DNA of 64,000 nucleotides from Mayamaea pseudoterrestris (Eukaryota). The position numbers were made by a program, and so were the translations under genes. Where the stretch lies: positions 496,001 to 560,000 of the forward strand of contig BROI01000008.1 in the NCBI GenBank assembly GCA_027923505.1, read 5' to 3'. This document shows, piece after piece, positions 56,391 to 64,000 of this stretch (its first letter is position 1; the number at the start of each line of letters is the position of its first letter). The notes below the pieces were generated by a model that saw only the letters and a list, made by a program, of their open reading frames with translations, ran no database searches and was not told the origin of the DNA.

Positions 56391-56988
56391 CTGAGCGATG
56401 TAGAGTAGTGTGCCGCGTTAAGAAGAGATTGTCAGCTGCCGACCACAATGATGATAATACAATGATGTGGATCAGAAGAAAATAATGGCGATCGCGTGCG
56501 TGTGGAAGATGATGATGTTGTTGCGGGCGAAGATTTCATACACGGTAGGACATCCACTTCCATGGGCGATGACGCAGCGAAAGAGGCTGTGACTATTGAA
56601 CAGCCCTCCATTGTCCACTTGTGACTCGGCAAAGCGATTCACTTTGTCGGCTGCATCCTGGCATAATAGAACAGCTTCAATGACGTTGCAAAAGGTCATT
56701 GCATTAATAGAAACGCAGCGACGCGCTGACAAGCAAGTACACCTTTATAGACAGTCATTAGGGCTATACGAGATTTTGATATTGATTGCTTATTGAAGAA
56801 AAAGGCGTGACCATTCAGACGCCACAGGATCTGCTTGCGTCGCTTCACGGAGATTGTACTCTCATCGTTTGTATTGATCTTGACGAAAAACTTAGCTGGC
56901 AGCTGGAGTTGTGCCGCCACTTCGAACTTACGGCAGCAGCAAGCAGCGTTGCGCGCCTCACAAAGAAACCACTACGATATCTTTCGTC

Positions 56989-59649
56989 ATGGCCAACAGC
57001 ATCGGAGGCTTCGACATTGGCTTTAGCAGCTTCCCAGCTGCATTTGGAAGTATTGCTATGGACGGAGATGAATATGTCCGATGCAGCCGGTGCGGGTTTG
57101 GTGGCTGTGACGTTCGAGTTTCTGGATGTGGATGCACCCTACATGCAGTAAGTTTTTTCACGGGCGAAAAGTCGTTGACGTGAGGTCGTGCGTGCCTACC
57201 TGTAATTAGTGAACAGGCGCAGCTCGTCTACCGGTAGAAGGTCGTTGATAGGCACTTGTCTTGTGCTTTTGAGTGTACTGTGTTATCGCAACGCAGCGTC
57301 TTGCACACCTCCTTCTCCATCGGCTGGCCCCACGCCTTTTTCGCCTTGCCCAAGGGGTCAGGGTCGGAATGTGATGTCTACAAAAACGTGCACAGTCGCT
57401 GTCAGGGTCTGTCTGATTGGACGAAATAAATGGCTTGCGTCATTGTTGAAGTGCTGTGTGTTACAATTGGCTTCCGGCTGACGTGGCGCTACGCTTCGTT
57501 TTCGTTTTCAATTGTTACGTTAGCTAACAACCCCATTCTCATTTTTTCCTCAGCGTTGCCTCCAGCTAAACATGAGTGGTTCTTTGTCTCATTGTCCTCT
57601 GTGCGCTAAACCAACACAAGGTTTAGTGCTTTTTCCAATGTCCTTTCGTGAGATTGACGAAGCTCGTAGGGCTGCCGTAGCTCTCGCCTCGCAGAAGGCT
57701 CGGGGCAAGAAGCGCAAAGGCGGTGCCGGAAGCGATGCTGCGGATGACGTTGGGGGCTACATTGCCGATCGCCGTACAGGTCGCTGGACAAACGAAGAGA
57801 TGGTATATTGCGACAAACTTATTCTCGCTTTTGAACGTGGCTCGATTCCGATTGGCGAGGGAGTCAAGCTAAACGAATTTCTTGGAAACATGCTTAAATC
57901 GAAGCAGTCGCGTCTTACCAAGAAAATGAAGAATGCGAAGCTTTCAACCAAGGTCTTTAAACGCAGCGACATTGTTCTAGGTACGACGGATGTGCGCGAG
58001 TTTTCTGAACTTGAGGAATCGTTCTTCCAAGCCATCCAAGATCCCCAAGAACGTGCCGAAATCAAGTTTCACATGCAAAAGGAATGGCGTGAGCAGTTTA
58101 GCCAGGTTTGTGCCGCCCTTAATCAGCCGTTGGATGCAGATGGTTGGCTTAGCAGCGTGGAGGAAATGGACCGCCGCGCGTCTCAAGCAAAGGATGCTGC
58201 TCGCATGTCGAGAAGGAAGCTGATGATGGGTCTCGCACTTAAGACGGATAGTCGCAACCTCGAGCAGGGTGTCTTTATTGAAAAGACGGAAGCTGAAGTC
58301 CGTGCGTCCACTGGAGACTCTGCAACTCACGCTGGTGATGTAGACGAGGAGTTGCTGGAAATGTTTAGTGACGACAAGCCATCGACGTTTGGGTCTCTGG
58401 ACTTCAATGGGAAGAGTAGCTCTTTACACGCAGCTCCTTTTTTGTCAAAGGTAACGGCGTATCTACAGCGGCATTCTGTTCCTTTTGAGCACGTTGATCT
58501 TTGGGTTCCGTCGTTTGTGGAGCAGTCAGTTGGCGATACCAGCTGTCGCCTCTGCTATGCAGGGAGCGCAACAGTTGACCGAATGCTCTGTGAAGATACA
58601 ACTAGCCGTGATTTAACCGGAGACGAGCGATTCAACCTTTGCGCATTTGGTGACTACAGCCAGAAATTTTCTTTCGACGTAGGCTGTGGTCTTCCAGGAA
58701 GAGTATACGAATCGGGCAGAGCAACCTGGGAGCAGAGCGTGCATAATGCTCCACACAACCACTTCGAACGGTGTGGTGGTGCCCGTCAGTGGAACATCAA
58801 GACAGTTCTTGGTTTGCCCATTGCCAGCCCCAATGTTGGCCGCATCGTCGTCACCTTGTACTCGTGTGCTGACCGTTGCAAAGATGAAGATCTGGTCACC
58901 CGCTTGTCGGATGAGTTCACTAGGGTAAGTCGTCTATGTTAGTCTTTTGTGTATATCATGTTAATGTGAGACTTGCTTCTCACTTGCCATCTTGTTATTT
59001 TTAGCTCATGCCTTCGCCGAAGTGGAAGCTTGTCGTTGACATTGCCGATGTCGAAGGGCAAGTCAACGTTCCGGCGGATTCAACCACGTCCCAAGGTACC
59101 CACATGTCACAATTTCATAGTACCTTGCAGGCGGACCTTAAAGATGCGAACGAGTTTGCTATACTTGCCGCTGATCCGGAGGATGCTCCTACCTCCTTGT
59201 CGAGGACGATTGATGTGTCGCGCGATTCTCGCATCACAGACATCATTTCAATTCTTGCCGAGTTTATGCCGTCGGACGCTAATGCGGATGCGGCCAACTA
59301 CCTTTCTGGTTTCATGTCACTTCGCCTACTCTTGTTGCGGGAGTTGCGTTCATCAGACGAGGAACAGCTCGTCCGGACTATTCTTGAATCGTACTCAAGC
59401 TATTTGGCTTCTGATCGTGAGCGTTCCGATGTTGCAATCATGCTTGCTCGTGATTTTGTCTTTCTCAGTCAGCAGCAACATCACACATTTTTTGGCATGC
59501 TTGGCCCTGGTGCTATTCAGCCTGGTGACAACTCTGGTTTGTCCCTTTTTGGTCTGCCGTCCACCAACTCCAGTCTTCAGAACTCCCCGGCTCTCACTCC
59601 TATCCCGGCTCCCGGGTTAATTGACTCGATGTCCATTGTGTCTAACTAA
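56989..59649 (+). CDS. RING + Myb-like + NIN/NLP-type GAF regulator (RGQ-like), paralog A; exons 56989(or 57058)-57147, 57554-58924, 59005-59649
   Basis: Spliced RING CSRC...CGCTLHA|RC...CPLC, basic NLS RGKKRK, RTGRWTNEE, and GAF segment HVDLWVP...[14 protein letters not shown]...FERCGGA...KTVLGLPI...VVTLYS. Confidence 0.8.
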
Positions 59650-59974
59650 ATACAAGGTCTGGGAGCGAGGGTCTTTCTGGTGGACGGCGGTAAATAATTT
59701 TGGGTTCTGTATATATCGATCGCCGGTGTCCTTTTTCCTCGACACCGGTCGATATTCTGTTCGTTTGAACATATTTCTTTTTGTGTGAAGAGACAAACCA
59801 TGTTCTCCAGTTGGTTGTGTCTCGCTTTTGACAATTTTTACTTTTGTCAGCCTACTCTTTGAAGATTTTGATCTTTTTCATGGAGTAGAGCTTCGTGTTT
59901 TGAAATTTAACAACAATTTACTTATTACTATTCAATGCCACTATGTAGTTGCTCATGTAAGTAATGAACCATCA

Positions 59975-62606
59975 CTAGAACCCAGAAAATTGTAAATTAG
60001 AATCCGATTGCAGCAAAGCAGAAATTTGAGTCGCATTAAGATGGTTGACATCAAGACCAAGCGCAAAATTGGCCATTGCGTCAGCTTGGTTATTTATAGG
60101 CATTATGGGCTGCAATGATGGTGAGTACGAGTATAGATTGCCCGTGCTTGCTCCAAACTCGCTTCCTCCATTATCGTATGCTAAAAGGCCAGTCGCGGGA
60201 GTGTCCGATGGAACATATGATGAAGGGAAAGTAGATGCACTTGGCGCAAGAGTGCCGTTACCGTTTGGACAACTGCCAATCGCCATGTTCGAATGCAAAA
60301 ACGATCCACCGTATTTCACTTCTTGCGGTGGTTGGAGCTGCGAGATTTGCATGTGTTTTGACGGCAGCATACAGTCTCGGGCAGTCATCCATATAGCATC
60401 ATTGTCCGCCACTCCCGCCGCCTTGTACGTCTTGTAGCATTCAATGATTGAGTTTAATAAAGCTCGTTCACGATCAGAATGATCTGTTGTCGTGAGCAGA
60501 AGGCGAATGGAAGAAAAGCCAGGTAAATATTCTGCAAGCGGAGATCGCTGGTCCCGGGGCATGACGCTCGACAATTTATTCAAAAGTTCAGTCGCCAGCT
60601 GCGCGTTCTCACCCGTAAAGTCTACTTCGTCATGTGCTGAAACGCCAAGATCAACGATAAGCTTCCACTTTGGAGACGGTGCCATCTGTAAGAAGAGCTA
60701 TATGTCAGACTTTGTAGCCTGCCGAAAACAAAATCACCGTAGTCGTACCTTCGTAAGCTCTTCCATTATGCGAATCACCATGTCGGAGTCGTTCGGCCTA
60801 TCTAAGCGAGAGTACAGAAGAACAACAATTCGCCCGACACTTGGACTAGCCACTGGAATCCCCAAGACAGTTTGAACTCCCCATTGGATAGCTCCTCCGC
60901 ATCGTTCAAAGAGATCGGGAGGAGCCTTGTGGACCCCTCTCTCCCACGATGCAACACCGGATTCGTAAACGCGCCCGGGCAAACCTTTGCATCGCCAAGT
61001 AAAGTGGTGAGACATGACTTTCGCGTGACCCACGCAGACAACGCCAATGATGCGTACGTACCGCAGCCAACGTCAAACGAAAATCGTTGGGAGTATAATC
61101 CAAACGAGTTCAAGTCAAAAAGTTCCTCATCCGTGAGGCCGGCGATTGGCAGGCTACCATCAAGCGGCGCTTGCACTTCAGTCGTACCCGAGCCCGCAAA
61201 ACAAAGGCGGCACTTGTTGTTATCGTGCGTGCTCTGCCTAGTCAACAGCTCCGTCGACTCTGAAGGGACTTGCGAAGGCACCCAAACGTCACAATATTCG
61301 AAAGGGATGCTGTTTCGTCGAATGAAGTGTATAATCTTTCCAACAAAAGGGCTAGAATAGTACGATAGCCGGCGTAGCGTCGGTAGTCCCTTGCCAGGTG
61401 TACTACTGGCACTCCGCTTACTCGCACGATTCAACGTCTCCGAGGACGACTCCCTTGACATAACGGGAAGATCTTCGGATTGCTGGTCAGCACTCAAGTC
61501 CAAGTGAGGATCAATAAATACCCCACTCGGCTTGTTCGCCGAATCATGGCTGAGAGCATATCCCATCATCATCTTACGTCGGGCAGTGCGCGCCGCATCC
61601 TTTTGTCTTGACAATCGCCGATCAATTTCTTCGACGCTAATCAACCATGCATCCGCGTCAATTTTGACGCCAATACTTGCACAGTATGCACTGAAAAGCT
61701 CTCTCCAAATTTTCTGCATATGAAATCGAATCTCTGATCTCTCCATGTTACATCGAATGGACTTGAAAAAGCGAGTCTCGAGCTGCGAAAACATAGTTGC
61801 TTCGTCGGTCGACTCAATGTATCCAAGTGCGTGCTGATACAATTTGGATGAAAATTTTGCATTCTTCATTTTTTTGGTAAGTCGACTCTGCTTGCTTTTC
61901 AGCATGAGGCTCAAAAAATCGTTCAGTTTTAGCGAGTCTGGAATCGCAAGAGATCCACTGTCAAAAAGGTCAATTAGCTTATCGCAGTATGCGGTTTCTT
62001 CAGCCGTCCATCTTCCTGTCCTTAACTCTCCCGATCCAGACATTGAATGATCCTCCGTGTTACGTTCCGGATCCAACCTAGAAATAGTGGCGTTTTGACG
62101 CTTCTTTCCACGTTTGTCTGAAAGCTTTGTCTTGGCTGCTTCCGCTTGCGCTTTGTCTAGTTCGTCAAACGACATTGGCAAGAGTCTCATTGAGCGAGCT
62201 GGCTTTTGGCAAACTGGGCAAGATGTCATGGGGACGTTTTCGTGGAGAATCATGCAGCGCTGCAGGAAGACAACTGTTCGTGTGAGCTGCTGGGGGCATG
62301 TCGTCATGCGTCATGCGCCATTAGCCTGAGATGATGCGAGGATTCGAAACGTACCGCATGCAGGCAGCAATTACAGTCCAGAATTTTAATGTCGCATCCA
62401 GCAACTCCGCACCTGCGGTTATTAATAATGGAGTAAAAGTAAGCGGCGTGAAAGTTGTCAAACATACAGAGACTGGTGATGACGCTCTTTTCGAAACAAC
62501 TCGCTAACCTTTTGCAACAGCAGCAGTCCGCCATGATATCCAAAGGAGCCATTTCACAAGCAGCAGCCGATGTCATTTTCGAAGGAACGCCGGCAGATGT
62601 AAACAT
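59975..62606 (-). CDS. RING + Myb-like + NIN/NLP-type GAF regulator (RGQ-like), paralog B; exons 62606-62509, 62412-62355, 62259-61062, 60984-60749, 60685-59975
   Basis: CKRC...CNCCLHA|RC...[34 protein letters not shown] identical to paralog [15 protein letters not shown] and FERCGGA. All four introns are GT-AG and in frame. Confidence 0.8.
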
Positions 62607-62943
62607 GTCTATTCAAAAGTCAATCTGATACTATATAAACACGCACGAACACACAGTCACATTCGAACCTCAGTGTTCCCATGGTGGGTTGCCTCTGCAA
62701 CCTCGCGCGCAAAGGAGCCAAACGAAAATCGACGTTTTACTGTGATATTTGGAGTACTCCACTTTCTAGCCCACAGTGATATCCGTGAATCTTTCGCTGG
62801 CAGCTGCGTCAGAACGCGCCACGTGTGTCGCTTGTGAGTACCGCTAAGACAGAATTTCGCTATTCACCCTCCCTCCGACTGCCATGAGGAAAAATAAATG
62901 AGCCGCTGCATCTTTGCGACATGCATTCACAGTCATCGTTTAC

Positions 62944-64000
62944 ATGACGCTCCAAAGATGTTGGTTTATAATCCTCTTACTACCATGGATGGTGCTGTCA
63001 AAACTGCGGAAAAGTATTGTGGATATGTTTTGCACAACGATCCGACAACCGCTGAATCACTTTGCAACTCCTCGACATTCAGTTCCCCACTACGATCAGC
63101 GTTATTGCGCATATGATTTCTCGAGTCCGCAAAATGCCACGTCTCCCGTCTTTTTCTATACTGGAAACGAGTCTCCGCTGGAGACTTACATTAATCATAC
63201 TGGTCTCATTTGGCAGCTAGCGGAGTCGATGCAAGTGACCGTCGTCTTTGCGGAACATCGCTATGAAGGGATTAGTCTTCCGTCTCCAGATATTCCTAAC
63301 TGCCTTGCATATTCATCGTCAGTGCAAGCGATCGCAGATTATGCTCGATTAATTGAGTTACACTACAAACCTCGACCAGTCATCCTCTTTGGAGGGTCGT
63401 ATGGCGGCATGCTCAGTGCTTGGATGAGGATGAAATATCCACACTTGGTGGCGGGAGCCATTGCGGCATCGGCTCCGATCTGGGGATTGCCACTCACGTC
63501 TAGCAAGATTGATGGAGCATCTTCTGCTATTTCGCGAGGCCTCCGACAGTCATACCCTCCAGTACTTGGTGAAGCGATTGTAGACGGAAATAACGCTCGA
63601 CCCGAGCAAGACGGAAACAATTGCGCCAACAATTTGCTTGCTGCATGGCCTTTGGTTCACGTACTGGGAGAATCAACGCGTGGAAGACACTTATTGGCCT
63701 CTTCATTCTCACTTTGCTCGCCCATGACGCACGGCGACGCGGCCACCCTGCTTCGGTGGGCGCAAAGTCCTTGGTTTGATTTAGCGGAAGGGAGCTTCCC
63801 GTATCCAAGTTCGTACCTTCCCTTTGCCTTGACGCACAATCAAAATGTCAGTCTACCAGCGTGGCCTTTGCAAGCTGCCTGCTGGAAAGTGAGCCATTTG
63901 CATCGACATTTGGGCGTCAGTTACGAAGGAAATATGTCGGATGTCCGTTTTAGAATTCGGTATGGAGATAGCAATTTGACTTTGAACGTTGACTGGGAAA
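62944..64000 (+). CDS. Serine peptidase family S28 (prolylcarboxypeptidase/DPP7-like), runs off window end; absent from ORF track
   Basis: Manual translation: hydrophobic leader, QPLNHF...YDQRY, PVFFYTGNE, FAEHRYEG, QAIADYA, FGGSYGGMLSAWMRMKYPHLVAGAIAASAPI. Confidence 0.93.
   Translation, partial: MTLQRCWFIILLLPWMVLSKLRKSIVDMFCTTIRQPLNHFATPRHSVPHYDQRYCAYDFSSPQNATSPVFFYTGNESPLETYINHTGLIWQLAESMQVTVVFAEHRYEGISLPSPDIPNCLAYSSSVQAIADYARLIELHYKPRPVILFGGSYGGMLSAWMRMKYPHLVAGAIAASAPIWGLPLTSSKIDGASSAISRGLRQSYPPVLGEAIVDGNNARPEQDGNNCANNLLAAWPLVHVLGESTRGRHLLASSFSLCSPMTHGDAATLLRWAQSPWFDLAEGSFPYPSSYLPFALTHNQNVSLPAWPLQAACWKVSHLHRHLGVSYEGNMSDVRFRIRYGDSNLTLNVDWE

Noticed and set aside
57148..57553. Unusually long 406-bp intron as a riboswitch host
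   Set aside because: No TPP aptamer consensus or other recognisable structure was seen.

Overview
Gene-dense eukaryotic nuclear DNA, most likely from a diatom. This is inferred from short GT-AG introns, an ASAF-type bipartite plastid targeting peptide and a diatom-like gene set; the species cannot be determined from sequence alone. About 31 protein-coding genes are recognisable. They include MCM9, APC1, SYF2, WDR74/NSA1, RPB4, ATG8, archease, adenylate kinase, FTR catalytic subunit, a CRAL-TRIO protein, an ERGIC/Erv41-46 protein, LSM3, an MFS transporter, a TBC RabGAP, two C2-domain paralogs, the NRT2 nitrate transporter, DDX27/DRS1, MAT1 and an S28 peptidase. Several exon structures were reconstructed by hand because the ORF track misses or splits them. 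The main non-routine content is: (1) the 3' end of a Ty1/copia element with a mutated RNase H catalytic Glu, inserted into (2) a dispersed element present twice (923-2110 and ~21788-23618). This element carries a 144-bp tandem monomer that reads as a (PSxx)12 mucin-like peptide and ends in a 59-bp terminus identical in both copies; the second copy contains a fold-back inversion. Also notable are (3) a 4x42-bp TGACGT-containing array in a divergent promoter and (4) a tail-to-tail pair of RING + Myb-like + NIN/NLP-type GAF genes about 9 kb from NRT2. No rRNA, tRNA or CRISPR array was found. All family assignments come from motif recognition by eye; no database searches were run.
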